NCBI GenBank assembly: GCA_049322915.1
Contig: JBMOPW010000035.1
Span: 171,629-235,628, forward strand
DNA from: Candidatus Zhuqueibacterota bacterium
GTDB taxonomy: Bacteria > Zhuqueibacterota > Zhuqueibacteria > Thermofontimicrobiales > Thermofontimicrobiaceae
Direction of reading: 5' to 3'
Length of the DNA stretch: 64,000 nucleotides
In this document: in pieces, positions 20,237 through 30,482 of the stretch
How the letters are laid out: each line of letters opens with the position of its first letter
Position numbering within the stretch: the stretch's first letter is position 1
The notes under the pieces: model-generated
Database searches by the model: none
The model's input: only the letters and a program-made list of their open reading frames with translations
What the model was told of the DNA's origin: nothing
Translations under genes and position numbers: made by a program

Positions 20237-20473
20237 CCAATTTCTGCATCAATGACTCGACGGCGCGACCGGCAAGGGTTTAGTGGGGCATAATCATCGT
20301 CTGATATTGAAACGAAAATCAATGCAGTGTTGCACGAGTTCTCTTGCATGTTATGGACAATGTAATCATACGCTTGAAATACATTCATTTTCTGAAACAC
20401 AATTTTTACTGCGGAGTCCCTCATGTTCGAATTTCAGCCTTTCATTCAAAGTCATTCTGAGGAGTCTTGGTAT

Positions 20474-22441
20474 ATGCTCAAATTCGTTTCCCTTCTATCC
20501 GTTTTCTGCGCGTTCCTCGTGCTCACAATCACGACCGAGGGAACGGCCAGAAGTTTCGATGTGTTTTCTCCTGATAAAAAAATACAGCTCCGAATTCAGG
20601 TGGGCGATATCATTACCTATTCGCTGTTTCACGCCAACGAGGAATTGATCCGCAACTCCCCCATTTCCATGACAATCGGCCAGGGCAACGTGTTGGGCTT
20701 ACAGCCGCGTGTGGAGGATGTTCAACGGCGCACTTTGAATGAGACGCTCAAGCCGGTCGTCCCGGTGAAGAGCAAATCCATCGTGAATCATTACAATGAA
20801 TTGGTGATTCATTTCCAGGGTGGCTTCGCGCTCCACTTCAGGGCTTACAACGATGGCGTAGCCTATCGCTTTCAGACCGACTTCGACCATGAGATTCAGG
20901 TGATGGCCGAGCAGGTTGTCTTCAACTTCAATGCGGACCATTCTCTGTACTTTCCGGAGGAGGAAAGCTTCTTTTCGCATTCGGAACGGCTGTACATTTA
21001 CCAGCCCATCAGTCAGGTCACGCCCCAAAAAATGTCCTGCCTGCCGGCGCTGGTGGATTTGAGCTCCGGCCGAAAAATGGCGATCACCGAATCCGACCTC
21101 TACGATTATCCAGGCATGTACCTCACCGGCATGGAGAATTCCCCCACCTCGCTCTGCGGCAAATTTCCCTATTTTCCGGTCGAGGTGGACCAGAAAAACG
21201 ACCGCGATCTCCCGGTCACCAAGCGCGCCGACTACCTTGCGCGCACAGCCGGCGCACGCCTGTTTCCGTGGCGCGTCCTTATCCTGGCTGAAAAAGATGG
21301 CGACCTGCTGACCAATCAGACTGTCTACACATTGGCGCGGCCCCTTCAGTTGGATGACACGTCCTGGATTAAACCGGGCAAAGTTGCCTGGGATTGGTGG
21401 AACTGGACGAATCTGTACGGCGTCGACTTCGAAGCTGGCATCAACACCGAGACCTACAAGTACTACATCGATTTTGCCTCGCGCTACAGCATTGAATACA
21501 TTATCCTGGATGAAGGATGGTATCAATTGGGAAATCTCCTGGCCGTTGTCCCGGAAGTCAATATCGAAGAAATTGTCAGGCACGGCAACGAAAAGAATGT
21601 CGGCGTGATTCTCTGGGTGATCTGGAAGACATTGGACGACCAACTCACCGAAGCGCTGGATCAATTCCAGGCGTGGGGAATTAAAGGCATCAAAGTCGAT
21701 TTCATGCAGCGCGACGACCAGTGGATGGTCAATTATTACGAGCGGATCGCTCGCGAGGCTGCAAAGCGGCATTTGCTGGTTGATTTTCACGGGAGTTACA
21801 AGCCAACCGGGCTGGATCGCGCCTATCCCAACGTGGTCACGCGCGAGGGCGTCAAGGGTCTGGAGAATTACAAATGGAGCGACCAGCCTTCCCTGGATCA
21901 CAATGTCACGCTGCCGTTCATTCGCATGCTGGCCGGGCCCATGGATTATACGCCGGGCGCCATGCTGAACGCGACCCGGGATCATTTCAAGCCAGTGTTC
22001 CAGCGGCCCATGAGTCTGGGCACGCGCTGCCATCAACTGGCCATGTACGTTGTGTTCGAAAGTCCGCTGCAAATGCTGGCGGACAGTCCGTCCAACTATC
22101 TCCGCGAGACGGAATGCATGGAATTCCTTTCGCGCGTTCCCACAACCTGGGATAAAACGCTGGCGCTGGAGACCAGCGTGGGCCAGTTTATCCTGCTGGC
22201 GCGACAGCACGGAGAAGACTGGTATATCGGCGCCATGACCAATTGGACGCCGCGGGATTTAACTGTGAATCTCTCGTTTCTGGGCGATGGAGATTTCACT
22301 GCGGAAATGTATCAGGACGGCGTCAATGCGGTACGCGCGCCAATCGATTATAAACGGATGACAAAACAGGTGAGCGCGAAAGATCAACTCACTATTCATC
22401 TTGCGCCCGGCGGAGGCTGGGTTGCCCGGCTTCACCGCTGA
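20474..22441 (+). CDS. GH97 glycoside hydrolase (retaining-type signature)
   Basis: SWIKPGK, ILDEGW, GIKVDFM, REGVKGLE, GPMDYTPG, LAPGGG. Confidence 0.95.
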   Translation: MLKFVSLLSVFCAFLVLTITTEGTARSFDVFSPDKKIQLRIQVGDIITYSLFHANEELIRNSPISMTIGQGNVLGLQPRVEDVQRRTLNETLKPVVPVKSKSIVNHYNELVIHFQGGFALHFRAYNDGVAYRFQTDFDHEIQVMAEQVVFNFNADHSLYFPEEESFFSHSERLYIYQPISQVTPQKMSCLPALVDLSSGRKMAITESDLYDYPGMYLTGMENSPTSLCGKFPYFPVEVDQKNDRDLPVTKRADYLARTAGARLFPWRVLILAEKDGDLLTNQTVYTLARPLQLDDTSWIKPGKVAWDWWNWTNLYGVDFEAGINTETYKYYIDFASRYSIEYIILDEGWYQLGNLLAVVPEVNIEEIVRHGNEKNVGVILWVIWKTLDDQLTEALDQFQAWGIKGIKVDFMQRDDQWMVNYYERIAREAAKRHLLVDFHGSYKPTGLDRAYPNVVTREGVKGLENYKWSDQPSLDHNVTLPFIRMLAGPMDYTPGAMLNATRDHFKPVFQRPMSLGTRCHQLAMYVVFESPLQMLADSPSNYLRETECMEFLSRVPTTWDKTLALETSVGQFILLARQHGEDWYIGAMTNWTPRDLTVNLSFLGDGDFTAEMYQDGVNAVRAPIDYKRMTKQVSAKDQLTIHLAPGGGWVARLHR

Positions 22442-22590
22442 GCATGGCCAACCCTGCTTCAGCATTGAACAGGATTCGAAAAAAGCGCAGTGATTTTGTT
22501 TTTGAAAATGACAATTTCTGGTTGCCGGTCTTCAAGTTACCAGTGCTTGAAAATGCACGGCACATTCATCTTTGACAGGAAAGGGAAACG

Positions 22591-24999
22591 ATGGAAAAGG
22601 TATTGTTCATTTTAGCAATTGCAATTTTTGTGCTGACCTGCACTTCCAGTCACGATAAATTTTTGCAGATAAAGCAGGTGCCTTTCACGGATGTGAAATT
22701 TGAGGATACGTTCTGGAAACCGCGGCTGGAAACCAATCGCACAGTCACCGTTCCTTATGATTTTAAAAAGTGCGAGGAGACCGGGCGAATCGATAATTTT
22801 GCCAAAGCCGGCGGGTTGATGGAGGGGAAATTCGAAGGTATCCGCTACAACGACTCCGACGTCTTTAAAGTCGTTGAGGGCGCTTCCTACTCGCTGCTGC
22901 TGCATCCGGATACTGAACTGGAAAAATATCTGGATGACCTCATCTTCAAAATTGCAGCCGCCCAGGAAGATGATGGCTATTTGTATACCAACCGCACGAT
23001 TGATCCCAAAAATCCGGCGCGCGCAGCCGGTGAAACGCGATGGTCGTATCTCAACCACAGTCATGAACTTTATAATGTGGGACACATGTACGAAGCTGCT
23101 GTGGCCCATTTCCAGGCTACCAGCAAACGCACGCTGCTGGATGTTGCCATTAAAAATGCGGATCTCATCGACAGCGTGTTCGGCCCGGGCAAACGCCACG
23201 ATCCGCCGGGCCATCAGGAAATTGAAATCGGCCTAGTGAAACTGTACAAAGTGACAGGGGAAAAAAGGTATCTCAATCTCGCCAAGTTTTTCCTCGACCA
23301 GCGCGGCCGCTACATCAATCGAGAGCCGTACACTTCCGGCGCAGGCGCGGAATACACGCAGGATCACACGCCGGTGGTTGAACAGGACGAGGCGGTGGGA
23401 CACGCGGTGCGGGCAGGCTACATGTATTCGGGCATGGCCGATGTTGCCGCGCTGACAGGCGACACCAACTACATCGCTGCCATCGATAAAATTTGGGCGA
23501 ATGTCGTTTCGAAAAAGCTGTACATCACCGGGGGCATCGGCGCCAGACATGATGGCGAAGCGTTCGGCGATAATTATGAACTGCCCAATCGCACGGCTTA
23601 CAACGAAACATGCGCGGCCATCGCCAACATAATGTGGAACCTTCGGCTATTTCTGCTCCACGGGGATGCGAAATATATTGACGTCATGGAACGCACGCTC
23701 TACAACGGATTTTTGTCCGGCGTGGGCATGAGCGGTAACGAGTTTTTCTATCCCAATCCACTCGAATCGATTGGGAATCACAAACGCAGCCCCTGGTTCG
23801 ACTGCGCCTGCTGCCCGGTCAATGTCGTTCGCTTTCTGCCATCGCTGCCGGGGTATGTTTACGGCCAGATGGATGATATCATTTACATCAACCTGTACAT
23901 ACCCGGCCAGGCGTCGATCCAGTTGCTGGGTAATTCGATTCAACTGAAGCAGGAATCCAATTATCCGTGGGACGGGAATATCAAAATCACTGTGGAGCCG
24001 GCGACTGCGGCGGATTTTTCGCTTTACGTGCGCATCCCCGGCTGGGCGCTGAGTCGGCCGGTGCCGAGTGATTTGTATCGTTATGCGGACAATGCGAACG
24101 GGGAGATCGCGTTGAGCGTCAATGGCGCGCCAGTGAAACTGGCTATTCACAAAGGCTACGCCCGAATTCACCGGACGTGGAACAAGAACGATCGGGTCGA
24201 GCTGACTCTGGCCATGCCCATCCGCAAAGTCCTCAGCCATACCGCTGTCAAGGATGATAGTGGCAAGCTCTCGCTCGAACGCGGCCCCATCGTCTTCTGC
24301 GCCGAGTGGCCGGATAATGGCGGTCACGCACTCAATTTGCTCATGCCGGAAAATACCGAATTGCGCGCCGAGCACAAACCGGATCTGCTCAACGGCGTCA
24401 CTGTGCTCACCGGACAGGTATTCGGTTTGTACGGCGAAAAGGACAACGTGCAGAAAAAGCAGCAGGAATTCCTGGCCATTCCCTATTATGCCTGGGCGCA
24501 CCGCGGACAGGGCGAAATGGCGGTTTGGTTGCCGTACCTGGAATCCGTTGCAAAGCCGCTGATTCCCCAGACGCCAGGCGTCAAAGCCAAGGCAAGCACG
24601 TCGCACACGTGGATGACAGACAGCGAAAAAGCGCTGAATGACGGAATCGACCCGGAGCGCTCCAACGACGTCTCCATCCCGCGATTCACGTGGTGGGATC
24701 ATAAAGGAACACTGGAATGGGTGCAGTACGATTTCGAAAAAGTTGAAAAAATTTCCGAGACCGCTGTCTATTGGTTCGACGATAGCGGCTCCGGCGGTTG
24801 CCGCACGCCCCAATCCTGGCGGCTGCTCTTCCAATCTGGCCGGGAATGGAAAGAAGTGACCAATGCCAGCGGTTTCGGCGTGGCGAAAGACCGGTACAAT
24901 CGGGCGACATTTGACCCCATCGAGACAAAGGCCGTGCGACTCGAAGTCAGGCTTCAACCGGAGTTCTCCGCCGGCGTTCTGGAATGGCGCGTGAAATGA
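22591..24999 (+). CDS. GH127 beta-L-arabinofuranosidase-like enzyme with C-terminal discoidin-like domain
   Basis: HELYNVGH, GHQEIE, GHAVR, YNETCAA, CACCP Zn/Cys motif. Confidence 0.92.
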   Translation: MEKVLFILAIAIFVLTCTSSHDKFLQIKQVPFTDVKFEDTFWKPRLETNRTVTVPYDFKKCEETGRIDNFAKAGGLMEGKFEGIRYNDSDVFKVVEGASYSLLLHPDTELEKYLDDLIFKIAAAQEDDGYLYTNRTIDPKNPARAAGETRWSYLNHSHELYNVGHMYEAAVAHFQATSKRTLLDVAIKNADLIDSVFGPGKRHDPPGHQEIEIGLVKLYKVTGEKRYLNLAKFFLDQRGRYINREPYTSGAGAEYTQDHTPVVEQDEAVGHAVRAGYMYSGMADVAALTGDTNYIAAIDKIWANVVSKKLYITGGIGARHDGEAFGDNYELPNRTAYNETCAAIANIMWNLRLFLLHGDAKYIDVMERTLYNGFLSGVGMSGNEFFYPNPLESIGNHKRSPWFDCACCPVNVVRFLPSLPGYVYGQMDDIIYINLYIPGQASIQLLGNSIQLKQESNYPWDGNIKITVEPATAADFSLYVRIPGWALSRPVPSDLYRYADNANGEIALSVNGAPVKLAIHKGYARIHRTWNKNDRVELTLAMPIRKVLSHTAVKDDSGKLSLERGPIVFCAEWPDNGGHALNLLMPENTELRAEHKPDLLNGVTVLTGQVFGLYGEKDNVQKKQQEFLAIPYYAWAHRGQGEMAVWLPYLESVAKPLIPQTPGVKAKASTSHTWMTDSEKALNDGIDPERSNDVSIPRFTWWDHKGTLEWVQYDFEKVEKISETAVYWFDDSGSGGCRTPQSWRLLFQSGREWKEVTNASGFGVAKDRYNRATFDPIETKAVRLEVRLQPEFSAGVLEWRVK

Positions 25000-25025
25000 T
25001 GCTCGCGTTTCTTTCAAAAAAAATC

Positions 25026-25152
25026 GTAACTACTCAGCTATGCTTGCTTTAAAAGCCGCTGAAGCGGTTGTTGCTGATTCGTTCGTGTTAGAGACACCAC
25101 AATAAATTGCGGTGCTGGAACAATTGAGTCATCACCATGCTTCAGCATGGTG
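25026..25152. repeat. REP-like hairpin cluster
   Basis: CCGC-TGAA-GCGG (25056), CACCACAA-TAAA-TTGCGGTG (25095), CACCATGC-TTCA-GCATGGTG (25133). Confidence 0.6.
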
Positions 25153-25191
25153 TACGTTTTCCGATGTAAGGCAATGCATTTAAGGGCCGGT

Positions 25192-27495
25192 ATGAAAACT
25201 CAATTTGGCGTCATTCTCATTTTCTCATTCATGATCAATCCATCATGGGCAGGTGAACACATGAATTCACATTCGAGCACTGGATATAATGTCATTCCCA
25301 AACCGGCTGAGCTAAAGCCGGGAGAGGGCGTCTTCAGACTCGATCCGAAGACGCGGATCATTGTGAATAGCAGCAGCGAGCCGATTACAGCCATCGCCTC
25401 GTTTCTCAAAGATAAAATCAAAGCTGGTGCCGGATTCGACCCGAATCTGGAAATAGCAGCAGTTACGCCACAAGATGACAATTTCATCTACATGACACTC
25501 GAAAAGAAATCCACCTTTGGCCAGGAGGGGTACGAACTGAATGTCACGCCGCGTTCTGTCATCCTCACTGCCGGCGATCCGGCCGGCATATTTTCCGGCG
25601 TGCAAACGCTTCGGCAACTGCTGCCGCCGGAAATCGAGCGAGCGGACAGCGTCGCTTCGACCATCGACTGGATCATCCCGTGCGTTCATATTTCGGATGC
25701 GCCTCGTTTCACCTGGCGCGGCATGTTGCTGGATTGCGGCCGGCATTTTATGACCAAAGATTTTGTCAAGCGCACCATTGATTTGTTGGCCTATTACAAG
25801 ATGAACCGCTTCCATTGGCATTTGACCGAAGATCAGGGTTGGCGCATTGAAATTAAAAAATATCCCAGGCTCACTGAAATCGGCGCCTGGCGCGATGGTG
25901 AGGATGGAACTCGCTACGGCGGTTTCTATACGCAGGACGAGATTCGCGACGTTGTGGAATATGCCCGCAGCCGTTTTGTGACAGTCATCCCGGAAATTGA
26001 AATGCCGGGACATTCTGTGGCGGCTCTGGCTTCCTACCCGGAATTGTCCTGCACCGGCGGCCCGTTCGAGGTGGAAACCCAGTGGGGCGTGCACAAGGAT
26101 GTCTATTGCGCCGGCAACGAAGCGGTGTTCGCCTTTTTAGAGGATGTCCTCTCCGAAGTGGTGGAGCTGTTCCCGGCGTCGTATATCCATATCGGCGGGG
26201 ACGAGTGCCCGAAGGATCGCTGGGAGAATTGCCCCAAATGCCAGGCTCGCATCAAAACGGAGGGGCTGAAGGATGAGCACGAATTGCAGAGCTATTTCAT
26301 CCAACGCATCGAGAAATTTTTGCTGACCAAAGAGCGGCGCATCATCGGTTGGGATGAAATTCTGGAAGGCGGACTTGCCCCGGGAGCGACAGTGCAATCG
26401 TGGCGAGGTGTGGAAGGCGCCATTGCCGCTGCCAAATCAGGCCACGACGCCATCGTTTCTCCGACGAGCCATGCTTATTTCGATTATCCAATCACCACCA
26501 CCGACCTGCGCCGCGTCTATTCCTTCGAGCCGATCCCGCCCGAATTGACGGAGGAGAAAAGTCGCCGCCATATCCTGGGTGGTGAGTGCAATGTCTGGAC
26601 AGAGCGCGCTCCACAGCCGCTGGTGGATCAGAAAGTGTTTCCGCGATTGCTGGCCATGTCTGAGACGCTCTGGTCGCCAGCAGGAGGAAAGGAATTTCGG
26701 GAATTTCATGGCCGCGTTCGTCGCCATTACAACCAACTAAATTTCATGGGCGTCGATTACGGCGCGGAATCTCACCCCATCACCGTCATTCCCACGCTGG
26801 ACCGGGCAGCGCGCCAGTTCACGGTTGCGTTCGAGCCCGGTGAACAGCAACTCATCATCCACTACTCCACCGATGGGAGCGTCCCGACCCTTTCCTCGCC
26901 GCAGTACACAGCGCCGCTGAAACTGAACGCGACCTGTCTTCTGAAGGCTGCCGCGTTCCGGGATGGCGCGCCCTACGGCGAAGCCGTTGAAAAAGCGCTC
27001 CTTTTTCATGGGGCGCTCGGCAGGACAGTCGTTCTCACCAGTCCCTACAGCTACAAATACACCGCCGGCGGCGCGCATGCGCTGACAGACGGCGTCACTG
27101 GCTCTGTGGATTTCCGCGACGGATTCTGGCAGGGATTCGAGCAGGACGACTTCGAGGCTGTTGTCGATTTGGGCAAGGTGAGCACTGTGACGGACATAAA
27201 AACCAGATTCCTGCAAAACTCAGGCTCATGGATTTTTCTTCCGACATCGGTTGAATTTTCCATCTCATCGGACGGGAATCATTTCCATCCTGTGAAGACG
27301 TTCGCGCATTCCATTTCACAGAAAAAGCAGGATGGGCTCATTCAGGACTTTGAAATTGCAGGCATGAACCTGACAGGTCGCTACGTGAAAATCTACGCCA
27401 GGAACGTTGGCGCGTGCCCGGCCTGGCATCCCGGCGCTGACGGCAAAGCCTGGATTTTCGTCGATGAAATTATCATCAATCAGGAACAATCGTGA
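25192..27495 (+). CDS. GH20 beta-N-acetylhexosaminidase with C-terminal chitobiase-associated and F5/8-like domains
   Basis: RGMLLDCGRHF, FHWHLTEDQGWR, PEIEMPGH, HIGGDE catalytic pair; start codon uncertain. Confidence 0.95.
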   Translation: MKTQFGVILIFSFMINPSWAGEHMNSHSSTGYNVIPKPAELKPGEGVFRLDPKTRIIVNSSSEPITAIASFLKDKIKAGAGFDPNLEIAAVTPQDDNFIYMTLEKKSTFGQEGYELNVTPRSVILTAGDPAGIFSGVQTLRQLLPPEIERADSVASTIDWIIPCVHISDAPRFTWRGMLLDCGRHFMTKDFVKRTIDLLAYYKMNRFHWHLTEDQGWRIEIKKYPRLTEIGAWRDGEDGTRYGGFYTQDEIRDVVEYARSRFVTVIPEIEMPGHSVAALASYPELSCTGGPFEVETQWGVHKDVYCAGNEAVFAFLEDVLSEVVELFPASYIHIGGDECPKDRWENCPKCQARIKTEGLKDEHELQSYFIQRIEKFLLTKERRIIGWDEILEGGLAPGATVQSWRGVEGAIAAAKSGHDAIVSPTSHAYFDYPITTTDLRRVYSFEPIPPELTEEKSRRHILGGECNVWTERAPQPLVDQKVFPRLLAMSETLWSPAGGKEFREFHGRVRRHYNQLNFMGVDYGAESHPITVIPTLDRAARQFTVAFEPGEQQLIIHYSTDGSVPTLSSPQYTAPLKLNATCLLKAAAFRDGAPYGEAVEKALLFHGALGRTVVLTSPYSYKYTAGGAHALTDGVTGSVDFRDGFWQGFEQDDFEAVVDLGKVSTVTDIKTRFLQNSGSWIFLPTSVEFSISSDGNHFHPVKTFAHSISQKKQDGLIQDFEIAGMNLTGRYVKIYARNVGACPAWHPGADGKAWIFVDEIIINQEQS

Positions 27496-27593
27496 CGCCA
27501 GGACTGGCATAAATAGCCGCTGTTGCTGGCTGGGGAAATGAATGAACTTTGCGCATTGGAGGAGCATTGGCCGAGTCGAATCACGAACCGCAG

Positions 27594-28309
27594 ATGAGCC
27601 TGTCCCTGAAGAAACCGATTCTGATTTTAAAGACAGGCCGCACCTTTCCCGAAATTCAATCGGTTCGAGGGGATTTTGAAGAATGGATTATGCGCGGCGC
27701 AGGACTCGGCCCCGAACATTTTGTCATCGTTGACGTCTCTGCCGGCGAGCCGCTGCCGACGCACTTCGAATTTTCAGGAATCATCATACCCGGTTCCCAC
27801 GCGATGGTCACAGACAAACTGGACTGGAGCGAGCGTTCCGCCCAATGGATTCCACAGGCGGTCGCGCGCAAAATCCCCACGCGTTGGGCGGCAAAGTTGA
27901 TTACAATCCCAAAGGAATCGAATTCGGCACGGCGCTGATCCATTTAACCCGACAGGCGCACAGCGACCCGCTATTTTCAGAGCTGCCGGTTGAAGTCTCA
28001 TTTCAGGTTTCCCATTCGCAGTCTGCGCTGGAATTGCCGCCGGGCGCTGAACTGCTTGCTTTTAATGAGGTGGAACCGCACCATGGATTTCGCTACGGCG
28101 ATCGCGTGTGGGGCGTCCAGTTTCATCCGGAGTTTGACGCAGATCTCATGCGCCGCCATTTGATCGCGGTGGCGGATCGACTCAGAGCGGCGGGCAAAAA
28201 CGTGGAGGCGCTGATCAGGGATTGCACAGAGTCGCCCCATGGCTCGGCTTTGCTCAGGCAATTCATTTCGATTGTCCGGAAATGTCAGGACGATGCAGCG
28301 GCATCCTGA
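27594..28309 (+). pseudogene. Class I glutamine amidotransferase with internal deletion and frameshift
   Basis: N-half (ILKTG, IIPGSHAMVT...KIP) and C-half (HALGGKV...VQFHPEF) are in different frames joined at ~27878; the LGICYGHQLLA catalytic-Cys segment is absent. Confidence 0.85.
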
Positions 28310-28469
28310 ACCGCGACGCGCGATTGAACGCCGAATGCACCAGGGGCAAAAAAATCCACTCGCGGCGACATGCGCAGCCATTTCATTTCTGATGTGAGAT
28401 GTCTTTATTCTTTTTAATTTTTTGCAAATAACTCGTACCGTTCCATCCCACTACAACCAGGAGTTCTAT

Positions 28470-30260
28470 ATGCAATTGTATCCCATTGACTGGGCTATTG
28501 TCATTTCCTACTTCGTTTTTTCTCTCGTCATTGGACTCGCTGTCGCGCGAAAAGCCGGTTCCAGCTCAGCGGAATTCTTTCTCTCAGGGCGTAACATGCC
28601 CTGGTGGCTATTAGGAATTTCCATGGTCGCCACGACCTTTTCCACGGACACGCCCAATCTTGTCACCGACATGGTGCGGCAAAATGGCGTGGCCGGCAAC
28701 TGGGCCTGGTGGGCGTTCCTTTTGACGGGCATGCTCACCGTCTTCGTGTACGCTAAATTGTGGCGTCGATCCGGGGTGCTCACTGATCTCGAATTTTACG
28801 AGTTGCGCTACAGCGGAAAAGCGGCCGCTTTTCTCCGGGGATTTCGTGCGCTTTATCTGGGGGTATTTTTCAACATCCTCATCATGGCTTCGGTCTCGCT
28901 GGCCATGATAAAAATCGGCGGCGTGCTACTGGATCTAAGCCCGGTCAAAACCCTGCTCATCGCCCTGTTCATCACCATGATTTACAGCGCCATCGGCGGA
29001 TTGAGCGGTGTGCTGTATACGGATTTCTTCCAATTCATCATCGCGATGATCGGTTCCATCGGCGCTGCAATGATCGTTCTGAAGCTGCCGGCGATCAATG
29101 GACTGGAAAACCTCCTGTCGAACCCGGCAGTTGTGCCTAAATTGAATCTTTTGCCGGACTTCACAAATACCGACGCGCTCATCACCCTGCTCGTCATCCC
29201 TCTGGCCGTGCAATGGTGGAGCGTCTGGTATCCGGGGTCCGAGCCTGGCGGCGGCGGATATATCGCCCAACGCATGCTGTCTGCCAGGGACGAAAAACAC
29301 GCAATCGGCGCCACCCTCCTGTTCAATGCGGCGCATTACGCATTGCGCCCCTGGCCCTGGATCATTGTGGCGTTGAGTTCGATGATTATATTCCCGGACC
29401 TGGAATCGCTCAGGACGGCCTTCCCTAAAGTCGATCCCGGCGTGATCAGACATGATTTGGCCTATCCGGCCATGCTGACTTTCATGCCGCGCGGGTTTCT
29501 GGGATTGATCGTGGCTTCGCTCATCGCTGCGTTCATGTCCACGATTTCAACCCATCTGAATTGGGGCTCTTCCTATATAGTCAATGATTTTTATAAGCGC
29601 TTCATCAATCCGACTGCGCAAGAAAAAACGCTGGTATTCATCGGCCGTATTTCAACGGTCGTGCTGGTGATCTTCACAGGATTTTTAGCCCTGCTGCTCA
29701 GCAATGCCTTGCAGGCGTTTCAAATTTTGTTGCAAATCGGCGCAGGCACCGGCCTGCTATTCATCCTCCGATGGTTCTGGTGGCGGATCAATCCGTACAG
29801 CGAATTGACAGCAATGATCGTTTCATTTGTCATCGCCATTTACTTTCAAATCATCCACCCGCACACCGGACTGCCTGCCACCTCAGCGCACATCCAGTTG
29901 GTGATCGGAGTCGCCGTCACGACTATCGCCTGGATTACAGCGACGCTGCTCACGCCGCCATCGGATGCAAAAACACTGCGCTCATTTTACCGACTGGTGC
30001 TACCGGGAGGCCCTGGCTGGAAACGTATCGTCGCACAGGCCGTGCAGGATAACGATCCCATTGCGCCAGGTAAAAAGGGCTGGGATGTTCCTATGGGCAT
30101 GTTGGCAATGGTGTTCGCTTGCTTTGCAGTCTACAGCGCGCTGTTTGCAACTGGCTACTGGATTTACGACCAACCCGGGCCAGCAGCTATTTTGACCGCT
30201 ATAGGAATTATAGCAATTATTATTTTGATAATACTTTGGCGAAAAATGCAGACAGAATAG
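28470..30260 (+). CDS. Sodium:solute symporter (SSS family)
   Basis: FFLSGRNMPWW, SMVATTF, GGLSGVLYTDFFQ, QRMLSA, AAFMST; ~14 TM helices. Confidence 0.93.
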   Translation: MQLYPIDWAIVISYFVFSLVIGLAVARKAGSSSAEFFLSGRNMPWWLLGISMVATTFSTDTPNLVTDMVRQNGVAGNWAWWAFLLTGMLTVFVYAKLWRRSGVLTDLEFYELRYSGKAAAFLRGFRALYLGVFFNILIMASVSLAMIKIGGVLLDLSPVKTLLIALFITMIYSAIGGLSGVLYTDFFQFIIAMIGSIGAAMIVLKLPAINGLENLLSNPAVVPKLNLLPDFTNTDALITLLVIPLAVQWWSVWYPGSEPGGGGYIAQRMLSARDEKHAIGATLLFNAAHYALRPWPWIIVALSSMIIFPDLESLRTAFPKVDPGVIRHDLAYPAMLTFMPRGFLGLIVASLIAAFMSTISTHLNWGSSYIVNDFYKRFINPTAQEKTLVFIGRISTVVLVIFTGFLALLLSNALQAFQILLQIGAGTGLLFILRWFWWRINPYSELTAMIVSFVIAIYFQIIHPHTGLPATSAHIQLVIGVAVTTIAWITATLLTPPSDAKTLRSFYRLVLPGGPGWKRIVAQAVQDNDPIAPGKKGWDVPMGMLAMVFACFAVYSALFATGYWIYDQPGPAAILTAIGIIAIIILIILWRKMQTE

Positions 30261-30323
30261 TGGCATCCACCAATTACGGCAAGAAATAGTCTCTCAATTA
30301 ATGAACCTAAAAGAAGCGACTCA

Positions 30324-30458
30324 CTGTTAGCTTTCAGCGTTCAGCGACATGAAAAACAGCATGTTCAGATGGAATCACCCCATCATCGAAATAGTGAAAC
30401 CTTGCAAATGTTACTATTTATAGTTTTTGAAAAAGCTGAATGCTGTTCGCTGATCGCT
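30324..30458. repeat. Inverted heptamer tandem arrays
   Basis: CTGTTAG-CTTTCAG-CGTTCAG vs GCTGAAT-GCTGTTC-GCTGATC. Confidence 0.6.
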
Positions 30459-30482
30459 CCATTCAGGATGAAATAAAAAATC

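Noticed and set aside
19392..20470. Integron attC sites or IS ends around the HEPN-MNT pair
   Set aside because: No convincing RYYYAAC/GTTRRRY hairpin, TIR or target duplication found by eye
20699..22210. 503-aa minus-strand ORF
   Set aside because: Antisense shadow of GH97; no motifs, explained by codon bias
23647..25017. 456-aa minus-strand ORF
   Set aside because: Antisense shadow of GH127
27860..27900. Programmed frameshift in the amidotransferase
   Set aside because: Frameshifting could not restore the missing catalytic Cys segment
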